A stretch of DNA of 24,000 nucleotides from an uncultured Anaerovorax sp. (GCA_964461765.1 CAYWVS010000032.1:1-24000); one strand, 5' to 3'; positions 6,201-15,956 are shown, counted from the first letter of the stretch. Notes: generated by a model from the sequence alone, not told the origin. Made by a program: numbers and translations.

Positions 6201-8780
6201 ATGAATAAACAACAACTGGCTGCAAAGATATGGGAACAGGCAAATGCCATGCGTTCCAAAATCGAGGCCAATGAATACAAAGACTATATTTTAGGTTTTA
6301 TCTTTTATAAATATCTTTCTGACAAAGAATTAAAATTTTTAAAAGAAAAAGATTTTATGGCTGAGGATATTAAAAAGCTTACCGAAGAAGATGAAAGCAC
6401 GGTTGAATTCATTCAAAACGGTATAGGTTATTTTATTGCATATAAAGATTTGTTTTCCACATGGATTGAAATGGGAAAAGATTTTGGTATCTCTAATGTT
6501 AGGGATGCACTTTCTGCATTTAGCCGACTGATCAACAAATCCCACAAGAAGGTTTTTGACGGAGTTTTTGATACGCTGCAAACAGGGCTTTCCAAGCTTG
6601 GTGATAGTGAAAGCTCCCGAACAAAAGCAGTCAGTGAACTGATACAGCTTATCAAAGACATCCCCATGGATGGTAAACAAGACTACGATATTTTAGGGTT
6701 TATCTATGAATACTTAATCGGTATGTTTGCCGCCAATGCTGGGAAAAAAGCCGGTGAATTCTACACCCCCCATGAAGTGGCCGTTTTAATGTCAGAAATT
6801 GTGGCAGAGCATTTAAAAGATAAAAATAAAATTGAAATATACGATCCAACCAGTGGCTCCGGGTCATTACTCATTAATATCGGCAAGTCCGTATCAAAGC
6901 ATATAAGCAACGAAAACAATATAAAATACTATGCCCAAGAGCTGAAGCAAAACACCTATAACCTTACCCGCATGAATTTAGTGATGCGTGGAATTCTGCC
7001 AGATAACATTGTCACACGCAATGGTGATACCTTGGAAGAGGACTGGCCGTTTTTTGATGAAAATGACCCCATTCATACATACAATCCTCTTTATGTGGAT
7101 GCTGTCGTATCCAATCCCCCTTATTCCCAAAGATGGGATTCAACCAATAAAGAAACCGACCCACGTTATGCACGATTTGGCTTGGCACCAAAGACAAAGG
7201 CAGATTTTGCATTTTTGCTCCACGACCTTTATCATGTAAAACCCGATGGAATTATGACCATCGTACTTCCCCATGGGGTATTGTTCCGTGGAGGTGAAGA
7301 GGGTGAAATTCGCAAAAATCTTATTGAAAACAACCATATTGATACGATTATCGGCTTGCCTGCCAATATCTTCTTTGGCACAGGCATTCCCACAATTATT
7401 ATGGTTTTAAAGCAAAAACGTGAGAATACTGACGTTTTGATCATTGATGCCTCAAAAGACTTTGTCAAAGAAGGCAAAAATAATAAGCTGAGAGCATCAG
7501 ATATTAAAAAAATTGCTGATGCTGTGTTTCGTAGAAAAACCGTGAAAAAATATGCTCAACTTGTAAACCGGGAGACCATTCGTAAAAATGAATATAATTT
7601 GAACATTCCAAGGTATGTGGACTCCTTTGATGACACTGAGACATGGGACCTTTATGCCTCCATGTTTGGCGGTATCCCCTTGTCTGAAATTGAAGAGCTG
7701 AAAGAATACTGGGAAGCGTTCCCCGAACTTAAGAATGATATATTTACAAAAAGCGATACCCCTTATGTGGCTTTTGCGGCAGAGGACGTCAAAAAAGCAA
7801 TTACAAACCACAAAGATGTGATAACTTTTAAGGAGAGATTTAATACAGCCTTTGAAGGATTTCATTCTTATTTGAAAAACCAATTGATTGAAAACATGGA
7901 TACCATTGCTGTTTCAAAACAGGAAGCCTTACTCAGCGGTGATATTTTTCAGCGTGTAAAATCCATACCCCTGATAGATAAATATAAGGCGTATCAGCAC
8001 CTTGATGACGAGTGGGTGAAAATAGCAGTTGATCTAGAAATCATACAGACAGAGGGCTTTGAGTCTACGAAAAAAGTGGATCCCAATATTGTTGTAAAAA
8101 AGAAAGACGGAAAAGACACCGAGGTACAGGATGGCTATATAGGTCATGTGATTCCCTTTGAGCTTGTACAGCAAACACTACTGAAAGTTGAAGCTGATCA
8201 ATTAAAAATGCAGGAAAATAGAATGGGTGAAATTTTAGCAGATTACGAAGAAATGATCGACGGTCTTTCTGAGGAAGAAAAAGAGTCGGATATCTTAAAC
8301 GAAACTAAGAATGCCTTTATAGCAAAAGCAGTGATAGCAAAACTTAAGGAACTGCGTACAGAAAGAGAAACAGAGGAAGTAACTACTTTGATACAAACCC
8401 TTTCTAAGGCAGATCAATTACTAAAAGAAGAAAAAGAGTTGAAAGCCAGCATCAAAAGAGAGGCTGCTGCTTTGCATACCTTAACGAAAGAAACCATTGA
8501 AAACCTCTCTGATGAGCAAGTACTTTATCTATTGGAAAAGAAATGGGTAGAACCATTGGTTTCAAGTCTTTATGCCATGCCCTCTGCTATCATAAATGAT
8601 TTAGTGGGTAAGCTACAAGCACTTTCGGACAAATATGCCACCACCTATGAAGAGGTAGCAACCCAGATAAAGCAAACGGAAGATGAACTGTGTGCTTTAA
8701 TAGATCAGCTCGAGGGCAATGAATTTGATATGAAAGGGCTAAGGGAATTTAAAGCTCTGTTAATGGGTGATGTGGAATGA
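6201..8780 (+). CDS. hsdM: Type I restriction-modification system, methyltransferase subunit HsdM (N6-adenine), long form
   Basis: HsdM_N-like start (LAAKIWEQANAMRSKIEANEYKDYILGFIFYKYLSD). SAM motif I DPTSGSGSLL. Catalytic NPPY at 7113-7124. About 350 extra C-terminal residues rich in E/K/L. Confidence 0.95.
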   Translation: MNKQQLAAKIWEQANAMRSKIEANEYKDYILGFIFYKYLSDKELKFLKEKDFMAEDIKKLTEEDESTVEFIQNGIGYFIAYKDLFSTWIEMGKDFGISNVRDALSAFSRLINKSHKKVFDGVFDTLQTGLSKLGDSESSRTKAVSELIQLIKDIPMDGKQDYDILGFIYEYLIGMFAANAGKKAGEFYTPHEVAVLMSEIVAEHLKDKNKIEIYDPTSGSGSLLINIGKSVSKHISNENNIKYYAQELKQNTYNLTRMNLVMRGILPDNIVTRNGDTLEEDWPFFDENDPIHTYNPLYVDAVVSNPPYSQRWDSTNKETDPRYARFGLAPKTKADFAFLLHDLYHVKPDGIMTIVLPHGVLFRGGEEGEIRKNLIENNHIDTIIGLPANIFFGTGIPTIIMVLKQKRENTDVLIIDASKDFVKEGKNNKLRASDIKKIADAVFRRKTVKKYAQLVNRETIRKNEYNLNIPRYVDSFDDTETWDLYASMFGGIPLSEIEELKEYWEAFPELKNDIFTKSDTPYVAFAAEDVKKAITNHKDVITFKERFNTAFEGFHSYLKNQLIENMDTIAVSKQEALLSGDIFQRVKSIPLIDKYKAYQHLDDEWVKIAVDLEIIQTEGFESTKKVDPNIVVKKKDGKDTEVQDGYIGHVIPFELVQQTLLKVEADQLKMQENRMGEILADYEEMIDGLSEEEKESDILNETKNAFIAKAVIAKLKELRTERETEEVTTLIQTLSKADQLLKEEKELKASIKREAAALHTLTKETIENLSDEQVLYLLEKKWVEPLVSSLYAMPSAIINDLVGKLQALSDKYATTYEEVATQIKQTEDELCALIDQLEGNEFDMKGLREFKALLMGDVE

Positions 8781-9985
8781 GGGAGAGGAATACACCTGCA
8801 TTGAGGTTTAAGGGGTTTCGTGGGGATTGGGAAAGAAGAAATTTGGAAAGTATAGCTCGTAATACATTTGGTGGTGGAACACCAAACACATCAGTCAAAG
8901 AATTCTGGGTTGGAGAGATACCTTGGATTCAATCATCTGATTTAATTGAGCATGATGTGATGGCTGTTACCATAAAAAAGAAAATATCTTTATTGGCCAT
9001 TAGTAATTCAGCAACTAAATTAGTCCCAAAAGATTCCATTGCAATTGTCACTCGTGTTGGGGTCGGCAAAGTGGCAGTGATGCAGATGGAATATTCTGCA
9101 AGCCAAGATTTTTTATCGTTAAGTAATCTGGAAGTTGACAAATGGTTTGGTGCATATTCCGTATATCTAAAAATGCAAAAAGAACTTTATAAAGTTCAAG
9201 GAACATCAATAAAAGGGATTACAAAAAAAGATTTGTTATCAAAAGTATTTTATACTCCATCTTATAAAACAGAACAAACAAAAATCGGAGATTTTTTCAG
9301 AAATCTTGATAATCTCATAGCTTTTAATCAACGGAAATATGACAAGTTATTGACGGTAAAAAAAGCTTGCCTTGAAAAAATGTTTCCCCAAAATGGATCA
9401 AATACCCCTGAAATTCGGTTTAAGGGGTTTAGTGGGGAGTGGGAAATACAAACGGCTTTAAATATCTTTGAAACAACCTCAGATAAGAATCACCCTGAAT
9501 TACCAGTTCTATCTGCAACACAGGAATATGGCATGAAAAAAAGAGATGATATTGGTTTAAGCATTTTTCATAATAAAAAAAATGAAAAAACATATAAACG
9601 CGTGTTACCTGGTCAGTTTGTAATTCATTTACGTTCATTTCAAGGAGGATTTGCACATTCACAAATAGAAGGTATTACTTCTCCTGCATATACAATTTTG
9701 AAGTTTAAAGAAGAATCCAAGCATTTTGATGCATTTTGGAAGTATATTTTTAATTCTAATGTTTTTATAAAAAGACTTGAGGCTGTTACCTATGGAATAC
9801 GTGATGGTAGAAACATAAATTTTGACGAGTTTATGACAATGAGGTTTAGTTATCCAACACTTGAAGAACAAACCCAAATCGGCAACTTCTTCAAAACCCT
9901 AGACAACCTCATTGCCCTACGGAAAACGGAACTGGAAAAACTTAAAAACATAAAAAAAGCATGTCTTGAAAAAATGTTTGTCTAA
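8777..9985 (+). CDS. hsdS: Type I R-M specificity subunit HsdS (two target-recognition domains)
   Basis: ATGA overlap with hsdM. Internal duplication of conserved regions: TPALRFKGFRGDWE / TPEIRFKGFSGEWE, and EQTKIGDFFRNLDNLIA...KKACLEKMF / EQTQIGNFFKTLDNLIA...KKACLEKMF. Confidence 0.95.
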   Translation: MRERNTPALRFKGFRGDWERRNLESIARNTFGGGTPNTSVKEFWVGEIPWIQSSDLIEHDVMAVTIKKKISLLAISNSATKLVPKDSIAIVTRVGVGKVAVMQMEYSASQDFLSLSNLEVDKWFGAYSVYLKMQKELYKVQGTSIKGITKKDLLSKVFYTPSYKTEQTKIGDFFRNLDNLIAFNQRKYDKLLTVKKACLEKMFPQNGSNTPEIRFKGFSGEWEIQTALNIFETTSDKNHPELPVLSATQEYGMKKRDDIGLSIFHNKKNEKTYKRVLPGQFVIHLRSFQGGFAHSQIEGITSPAYTILKFKEESKHFDAFWKYIFNSNVFIKRLEAVTYGIRDGRNINFDEFMTMRFSYPTLEEQTQIGNFFKTLDNLIALRKTELEKLKNIKKACLEKMFV

Positions 9986-10024
9986 ATCCCGGCTGCAAAG
10001 CAAAAGTGCAAAGGAGTATGTATC

Positions 10025-13000
10025 ATGACATTTACATATGAAAGCGAGTTTGAAAATGCTTTAATCAAGGTGTTGTCAGAAAAAGGCTGGGAAGCAAAGG
10101 CATTAAAGAACTTCACAGAAAAAGACTTGATTCAAAATTGGGCGGATATTCTCTTTAATAACAACAGAGGAATCGACCGTCTCAACGATTGCCCTTTGAC
10201 GGAAGGTGAAATGGGTCAGATCATTGAACAGATTTCCGCTTTACGGACACCTTTAAAGTTAAATGGCTTTATCAACGGTAAGACTGTTTCGGTAGTTCGT
10301 GATAACCCCCACGATACTTTGCACTTTGGAAAAGAAATCAGCCTTAAAATATATGACCGCAGGGAAATTGCCGCCGGTCAAAGTCGCTATCAGATTGCAC
10401 AGCAGCCTGTCTTTACGAGCAAATCTAAAATCTTAAAGGACCGCCGTGGTGATTTAATGCTATTAATAAACGGTATGCCGGTGATACACATAGAGCTAAA
10501 GCGTAGCGGAATTCCGGTAAGTCAGGCCTACAACCAGATCGAAAAGTACGCCTATGAGGGGATCTTTGGTGGACTGTTTTCACTGGTACAGGTTTTTGTA
10601 GCCATGACACCGGAGGAAGCGAAATATTTCGCCAACCCCGGTCCTGATGGGAAGTTCAATATTGATTATTACTTCCATTGGGCGGATTTTGACAATGAGC
10701 CTGTTAATCATTGGAAGGATATTGCTTCCTCATTGCTTTCTATCCCCATGGCACATCAGTTAATTGGATTTTACACCGTTGCCGACGATTCCGACGGAGT
10801 GTTGAAAGTAATGCGCAGTTACCAATATTATGCTGCCAGTGCCATTTCCGACAAGGTTGCCAAAACCCTTTGGAAAGAAAACAACCAACTCGGTGGCTTT
10901 ATTTGGCACACCACCGGTTCCGGAAAAACAATGACAAGCTTCAAATCGGCACAACTGATTGCAAATTCTAAAGATGCCGATAAGGTGCTCTTTTTGATGG
11001 ATAGAATAGAGCTGGGAACGCAGTCCTTAAAAGAATATCGAGGTTTTGCTGATGAAAACGAATCTGTGCAAGCCACGGAAAACACAGGTGTATTAGTGAC
11101 TAAGTTAAAGAGTAATGACCCCGCAAACACGTTAATTGTTACATCAATTCAAAAGATGAGCAAAATCAAAGAAGAAGGCGGTCTGAAAGCACATGACCTG
11201 GAAGCCATGAACAGCAAACGCATTGTATTTATTGTGGACGAGTGCCACAGATCCACTTTTGGGGATATGCTCAGGGTGATTAAAGAAACATTCCCGAAAG
11301 CTATTTTCTTTGGCTTTACCGGTACCCCTATCCATGATGAAAATGAGAAAAGACAGAACACAACTACGGATGTATTTGGCGATGAGTTACACCGGTACAG
11401 CATTGCTGATGGTATTCGAGATAAAAATGTTTTGGGATTTGATACTTACAAGGTTTTAACCTTTAAAGATAAGGACGTGAGAAAAGCGGTTGCCCTGGAA
11501 AAGGCAAAAGCAAAGGATGAAGCCGAGGCTATTTCTGATTCTGAAAAAAACAAGATTTACTATCACTTTATGAACTCCTCCAAGGTAAAAATGGCAGGGT
11601 ATAAAGACGGCAACGACCAATACATAAAGGGCATAGAAGATTACCTCAGTTCTTCTCAATATGAAACGGCGCAACATCAAAACAAAGTGGTAGAGGACAT
11701 TTGTGAGAACTTCTTAACTCTGAGCCACAATGGCAAGTTTCATGCTATTTTTGCCACCAGCAGTATCCCTGAAGCCATCACCTATTATCGCTTGTTTAAA
11801 AGACAAAAGTCCGGACTAAAAGTAACTTGCTTATTTGATCCAAACATTGATAATGGAGGCGGCGTTGCCTTTAAAGAAGACGGACTTGTGGAAATTATAG
11901 AGGATTATAACAAGGGCTATGGGCAAGATTTTACTATTTCCTCCCATGGAACTTTTAAGAAAGATATTGCAGCAAGGCTTGCACACAAAGAACCATACAA
12001 ATTAATAGAGCGCACTCCTGAAATGCAAATTGATTTACTCATTGTTGTTGATCAGATGCTAACGGGCTTTGATTCCAAGTGGGTAAATACCCTATATATT
12101 GATAAGAAAATCAAATATGAAAGCATTATTCAAGCCTTTTCCAGAACCAATCGTTTATTTGGTCCCGACAAACCTTTTGGAACCATTCGCTATTACCGCA
12201 AACCCCACACCATGGAGCGAAACATTGAAGAAGCTGTAAAGCTATATTCCGGTGATAAGCCAATGGGTTTGTTTGTTCCCAAGCTGGAACACAACTTAAA
12301 TAACATGAATTCTATTTTTTATGATATTTTAAAGCTATTTCATGATGCTGGAGTAAGTGACTTTGAGAAGTTGCCTGAAGAAAATTCAGAACGTGGCAAA
12401 TTTGCCGCTCTTTTCAAAGAGCTAAATGATTATATGGAAGCTGCCAAGATTCAAGGGTTCAGCTTTACTAAACCCCCTAAGTACGAGTTTTCCCATGGAC
12501 AAGGCAACCCCAAAACCATAGTCACCATGGCATTTGACCAAAATGCTTATCTGACTTTAGCACTTCGTTACAAGGAACTTTTTGATAACAGTATGGATTC
12601 CGGTAGTGGTGGCAGTGGAGCAAGTGATGTACCCTTTGATCTTGTTGGTTACTTAACAGAGATCGACACCGGTGTCATTGATGCAAACTATATGAATTCT
12701 CGCTTTGACAAATATTTAAAGCTGATTCAGCAGGAAGGCTCAGATAAGGAGCTTGTGGAAGATGCCCTAAACGATTTGCACAAGACCTTTGCCACATTAA
12801 CACAGGAAGAACAAAAGTATGCCAATATCTATCTTCACGACATCCAAAGAGGCGATGCAACGGTGAGAGAAGGTATGACCCTGCGTGAAAGCATTACAGA
12901 ATATCAGTATAAATCCAAAAACTACGAAATTACTCGCATTTGTTATGCCTTGGGATTGGATGAAGAGGCACTAAAAAACCTAATGGGATTAAAGGTAACA

Positions 13001-13186
13001 GAGACGAATCTCAATGAGTTTGGTCGATTTGACGAGCTGAAAAACTCAGTGGATAAAGCAAAAGCCAAGGCTTACTTTGAAAAGCTTGAAAAAGCGGAGA
13101 TCCCCCAGTTTAAGGTGAATATTAAGGTTGACGGCTTGTTACGCCGGTTTATTTTAAGCGGTGGGTTTGAATTGGCGGAAGGATAG
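10025..13186 (+). CDS. hsdR: Type I restriction endonuclease/translocase subunit HsdR
   Basis: AAAGGAG RBS. N-terminal PD-(D/E)xK-like D...ELK (GDLMLLINGMPVIHIELKRSG). Helicase motif I TGSGKT. Motif II DECH at 11237-11248. 1053 aa. Confidence 0.95.
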   Translation: MTFTYESEFENALIKVLSEKGWEAKALKNFTEKDLIQNWADILFNNNRGIDRLNDCPLTEGEMGQIIEQISALRTPLKLNGFINGKTVSVVRDNPHDTLHFGKEISLKIYDRREIAAGQSRYQIAQQPVFTSKSKILKDRRGDLMLLINGMPVIHIELKRSGIPVSQAYNQIEKYAYEGIFGGLFSLVQVFVAMTPEEAKYFANPGPDGKFNIDYYFHWADFDNEPVNHWKDIASSLLSIPMAHQLIGFYTVADDSDGVLKVMRSYQYYAASAISDKVAKTLWKENNQLGGFIWHTTGSGKTMTSFKSAQLIANSKDADKVLFLMDRIELGTQSLKEYRGFADENESVQATENTGVLVTKLKSNDPANTLIVTSIQKMSKIKEEGGLKAHDLEAMNSKRIVFIVDECHRSTFGDMLRVIKETFPKAIFFGFTGTPIHDENEKRQNTTTDVFGDELHRYSIADGIRDKNVLGFDTYKVLTFKDKDVRKAVALEKAKAKDEAEAISDSEKNKIYYHFMNSSKVKMAGYKDGNDQYIKGIEDYLSSSQYETAQHQNKVVEDICENFLTLSHNGKFHAIFATSSIPEAITYYRLFKRQKSGLKVTCLFDPNIDNGGGVAFKEDGLVEIIEDYNKGYGQDFTISSHGTFKKDIAARLAHKEPYKLIERTPEMQIDLLIVVDQMLTGFDSKWVNTLYIDKKIKYESIIQAFSRTNRLFGPDKPFGTIRYYRKPHTMERNIEEAVKLYSGDKPMGLFVPKLEHNLNNMNSIFYDILKLFHDAGVSDFEKLPEENSERGKFAALFKELNDYMEAAKIQGFSFTKPPKYEFSHGQGNPKTIVTMAFDQNAYLTLALRYKELFDNSMDSGSGGSGASDVPFDLVGYLTEIDTGVIDANYMNSRFDKYLKLIQQEGSDKELVEDALNDLHKTFATLTQEEQKYANIYLHDIQRGDATVREGMTLRESITEYQYKSKNYEITRICYALGLDEEALKNLMGLKVTETNLNEFGRFDELKNSVDKAKAKAYFEKLEKAEIPQFKVNIKVDGLLRRFILSGGFELAEG

Positions 13187-13297
13187 GGGAGGTTAGCTTT
13201 ATCCCTTAAGGATTAAATTTTAAATCTTAAACTTATGGTAGTTTTTAATAATGCTTTAAAATTTTTTGAAAAATGAAAATAGCTTAATAAGAATATG

Positions 13298-13338
13298 ACT
13301 TTCATGCCTATTTGAGATATCAAAATAGGCATGAAAGT
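13298..13338 (+). terminator. Long hairpin downstream of hsdR (probable operon terminator; weak T tract)
   Basis: 16-bp perfect stem ACTTTCATGCCTATTT / AAATAGGCATGAAAGT with a short loop, followed only by TTT. Confidence 0.45.
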
Positions 13339-13447
13339 TTAAGAAATGTGATGCAAACTTGTATAGAACTTAGTTATTATTCACTGTCAAATAGAAAAAG
13401 AGCAGGTATAGACGTTAAGTAATTAGTTAACCAAGTTATAAAATAAT

Positions 13448-13497
13448 GACAATGACATAATGACAATTTTTAGACAATGACATAATGACAATTTTTA
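13448..13497. repeat. Tandem 25-bp direct repeat (x2) built from ATGACA-type submotifs
   Basis: GACAATGACATAATGACAATTTTTA occurs at 13448-13472 and again, identical, at 13473-13497. ATGACA/TGACA recurs about 6 times and runs into TTGACA at 13501. Confidence 0.85.
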
Positions 13498-13500
13498 GGG

Positions 13501-13529
13501 TTGACATAAATTGAAGAATCGTGTAGGAT
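13501..13529 (+). promoter_or_regulatory. Candidate promoter abutting the tandem repeats
   Basis: TTGACA (13501-13506), 17-nt spacer, TAGGAT (13524-13529; 4/6 match to TATAAT). Confidence 0.35.
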
Positions 13530-13591
13530 TTAATCATAATTTAGATAAACTATGCGAATATCTGAGGGAAAGCATTAAAGAGTATAAGGCA

Positions 13592-13625
13592 ATCCGGTAA
13601 CCTTCATGGATACCGGGTGTTTTTG
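13592..13625 (+). terminator. Terminator-like hairpin inside the leader of the ATPase gene (attenuator or end of a short RNA)
   Basis: 8-bp stem ATCCGGTA (13592-13599) / TACCGGGT (13611-13618) with one G-U pair, 11-nt loop, then GTTTTTG. Confidence 0.4.
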
Positions 13626-13709
13626 TATGGTGATGTTTTTTAGTGAATATTGGGGTTAGCAATAATGGGCAACTCAAGTTTGAGTGATCTTTTGAAGGAG
13701 AATATAAAT

Positions 13710-15956
13710 ATGCCTTACATTTTATCTTTTAATAGCCTTAAGTATGAGGATATACTTGAAACTGATTTTCATGACTTTTCTATGTCACAGCACAATAGCC
13801 TTGAATTCAAAATGGTGGGGCAATGTGGGATGGCAGTAGTTTATGCTCCTAATGGTATGGGAAAAACTACTCTCTCGAATGTTCTAAAGATTGAGACTTC
13901 TAGCCAGACAGTTGACTTTTCTGCTATATATGACAATGTACCCATAATTCCTACGGATAAAAAAATTCATATTATCGGTGACCAAAGCACCCGTAATATT
14001 ATTCATGGTAATACATCTGATTATCTTATAGGTGCGGATATTCGAAGGGAATATGAATTGCGATCCATTATAGAAGATATCTTTAATAGATGCTTCGTGG
14101 GTTTTACTAAGACCCTTAAAGAGAAATATAGAATAACTAGGAGAGATGATTATTTCTTATCAATGATGAATAACCAAAATATAGCAGACTACATTCGAGA
14201 TATTATCCCGGCTCGAAACCGTAGAAATGGAATAGATAGAATAGAGTTTGTTCACTATTTAAAAAGCCTTCCTTTAGAAAACTTACCTGAAGTAGTAGAG
14301 AAAAAAACAATATTTATAGTAGAGAATCAGCAATTAATCAAAGATGTGTTGGCGATAACGGCTGAAATTGAACAGATTAGTGAGATTCAAGAAATCGAAC
14401 AAAACGATGATGCGATTAAAATATTAAACAAGTACCCCAACCAAACGGTTTGTGTAGTGTGTGATGCACAGGATATATCAATTAATGAGCTTACCGATAG
14501 AAAGAGAGTAAACCGCAATAGAATTTACACTAACTTACCGCCTAGAATCAAGGAGGTTTTGGATAACATAATTAATAATTCCTCTTTGCAGTATAGTGAT
14601 CCTTTTTCTATACACTCTAGAGTGTCAGAATTCATAAGTACGGGAGATTATCCTTTCTTACAAATACTTCAAAATGAGCTAGGTGAATATGTCGGTGCTA
14701 CATTAAAAACTATTACAAATTTATTTCTACAAATATTTGATGAAACCAGCTTAGATATGAATTTCACTGAATATGAAAACCTATTAAATAGACAACCCAT
14801 GCTTGATAGTGAAGAATTAATGCTAATCAAAGAGGTGGTAAATGAAAATATTGGTCCTGAAATAACAATAATAAGAGATGAGCAAAATGGGAAAAATTTT
14901 AGATTATTACTTGATGGCGAAGTATTTCTTGGTGACGACGTTGGTGAAAAGAATCAGAAACCGCTAAAGCTAAGTACAGGAGAGCGTAATTTTATTTCGT
15001 TAGCATTTGAACTTTTGCTTGCAAGGCACTCTGATAAAGAATTTGTGGTGTTAGACGATCCAATTTCAAGTTTTGATTCCATATATAAAAATAAGATAGC
15101 ATATTGTATTATTAAGTTCTTGGAAGAGAAAAAATGTATAATTCTAACTCATAATCTTGAACTAGTCCGTTTGCTAGAATTTCAAAACTCTGGATGTTTT
15201 AACTTATATATGTTTAATAACACTGATGGTGGAGTTAATGGCTTTATCCGGGTTAATGATCTGGAAAAGAAAATATTAAATAACCTTCACGACTTAATCA
15301 AATTGTTCCGCAATGGAGATCCATCTACTCAATTATGCGATGTTGTAATTGATATCAAAACCTTTTTGATGGCAATGATTCCATTTCTACGAGGATATGC
15401 ACACATTATATGTACAGAAAATGATATATACTCTAGCCTATCCTCAATTATGCACGGATATGAAAATGGCTCTGTTGATATTAATAAAATATATCAGAAT
15501 CTCTTTGGATATGATTTTGGTGAGGAGTGCGTAGTGTCAGTTCAAGATATATTAGATTATGATTGCACAAATATTAGTACAGTAGACCCCATCAGACTGC
15601 CATTACTTTCAGAAACGTTAAAGCAAACATTAATATATTATCATTTGAGGATGTGCGTTGAATCTACCTTGGTTGAATTGTTTCCAGCCAGTCGGCGTCA
15701 TGATGAGGATGCAATGTTAGGTCAGATTATACAAAGGGCATTTAGGTGCAATAGAACCGATCCCAATTTCGATAGTAAACTTCAATACAGGGTGTTTTTC
15801 ACATCAAAAAAAACATTGCTCAATGAGTTTAACCACTTTGAAGGTAATATGAATATCTTTCAACCAGCTATTGATATCAAAGATAATGCGCTATTGAGAG
15901 AGGTTGAGGCTATTCATAAAAAGCTAACTTTATTAAGAACAGAGTTTAGTTCTTAA
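13710..15956 (+). CDS. ABC-type (AAA_13-like) ATPase with large CxxC-containing insert and PrrC/RloC-like C-terminal domain (748 aa)
   Basis: Start moved to the ATG at 13710 (AAGGAG 9 nt upstream; the track starts at a TTG at 13650). Walker A APNGMGKTT 13845-13871. CVVC 14451-14462. ABC signature LSTGER 14970-14987. Walker B FVVLDD 15042-15059. H-loop ILTHN. C-terminal LRMCVE (R-x3-E, 15648-15662) and LNEFNH (His at 15834-15836). Confidence 0.85.
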   Translation: MPYILSFNSLKYEDILETDFHDFSMSQHNSLEFKMVGQCGMAVVYAPNGMGKTTLSNVLKIETSSQTVDFSAIYDNVPIIPTDKKIHIIGDQSTRNIIHGNTSDYLIGADIRREYELRSIIEDIFNRCFVGFTKTLKEKYRITRRDDYFLSMMNNQNIADYIRDIIPARNRRNGIDRIEFVHYLKSLPLENLPEVVEKKTIFIVENQQLIKDVLAITAEIEQISEIQEIEQNDDAIKILNKYPNQTVCVVCDAQDISINELTDRKRVNRNRIYTNLPPRIKEVLDNIINNSSLQYSDPFSIHSRVSEFISTGDYPFLQILQNELGEYVGATLKTITNLFLQIFDETSLDMNFTEYENLLNRQPMLDSEELMLIKEVVNENIGPEITIIRDEQNGKNFRLLLDGEVFLGDDVGEKNQKPLKLSTGERNFISLAFELLLARHSDKEFVVLDDPISSFDSIYKNKIAYCIIKFLEEKKCIILTHNLELVRLLEFQNSGCFNLYMFNNTDGGVNGFIRVNDLEKKILNNLHDLIKLFRNGDPSTQLCDVVIDIKTFLMAMIPFLRGYAHIICTENDIYSSLSSIMHGYENGSVDINKIYQNLFGYDFGEECVVSVQDILDYDCTNISTVDPIRLPLLSETLKQTLIYYHLRMCVESTLVELFPASRRHDEDAMLGQIIQRAFRCNRTDPNFDSKLQYRVFFTSKKTLLNEFNHFEGNMNIFQPAIDIKDNALLREVEAIHKKLTLLRTEFSS

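Noticed and set aside
8777-9985. Possible phase-variable hsdS (shufflon) suggested by the internal repeats
   Set aside because: The repeats are the normal conserved regions within a single two-TRD hsdS. There are no extra silent hsdS copies, inverted repeats or a recombinase gene nearby.
6339-12860. Numerous 60-130-aa ORFs inside or antisense to hsdM, hsdS and hsdR (e.g. 6339-6680, 7497-7883, 8929-9141, 9429-9877, 10425-11680, 12675-12860)
   Set aside because: All are nested within three long, motif-verified genes. None has an independent RBS or a recognisable domain.
13448-13497. Tandem repeats at 13448-13497 and 21806-21853 as possible CRISPR arrays
   Set aside because: The units are directly abutting with no spacers, are only 25 bp x2 and 12 bp x4, and no cas genes are present.
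13650-13709. TTG-initiated 20-codon N-terminal extension of the ATPase, and likewise 15986-16039 for the TIR protein
   Set aside because: In both cases an ATG with a strong AAGGAG/GGAGG RBS lies just downstream, and the TTG starts have no RBS.
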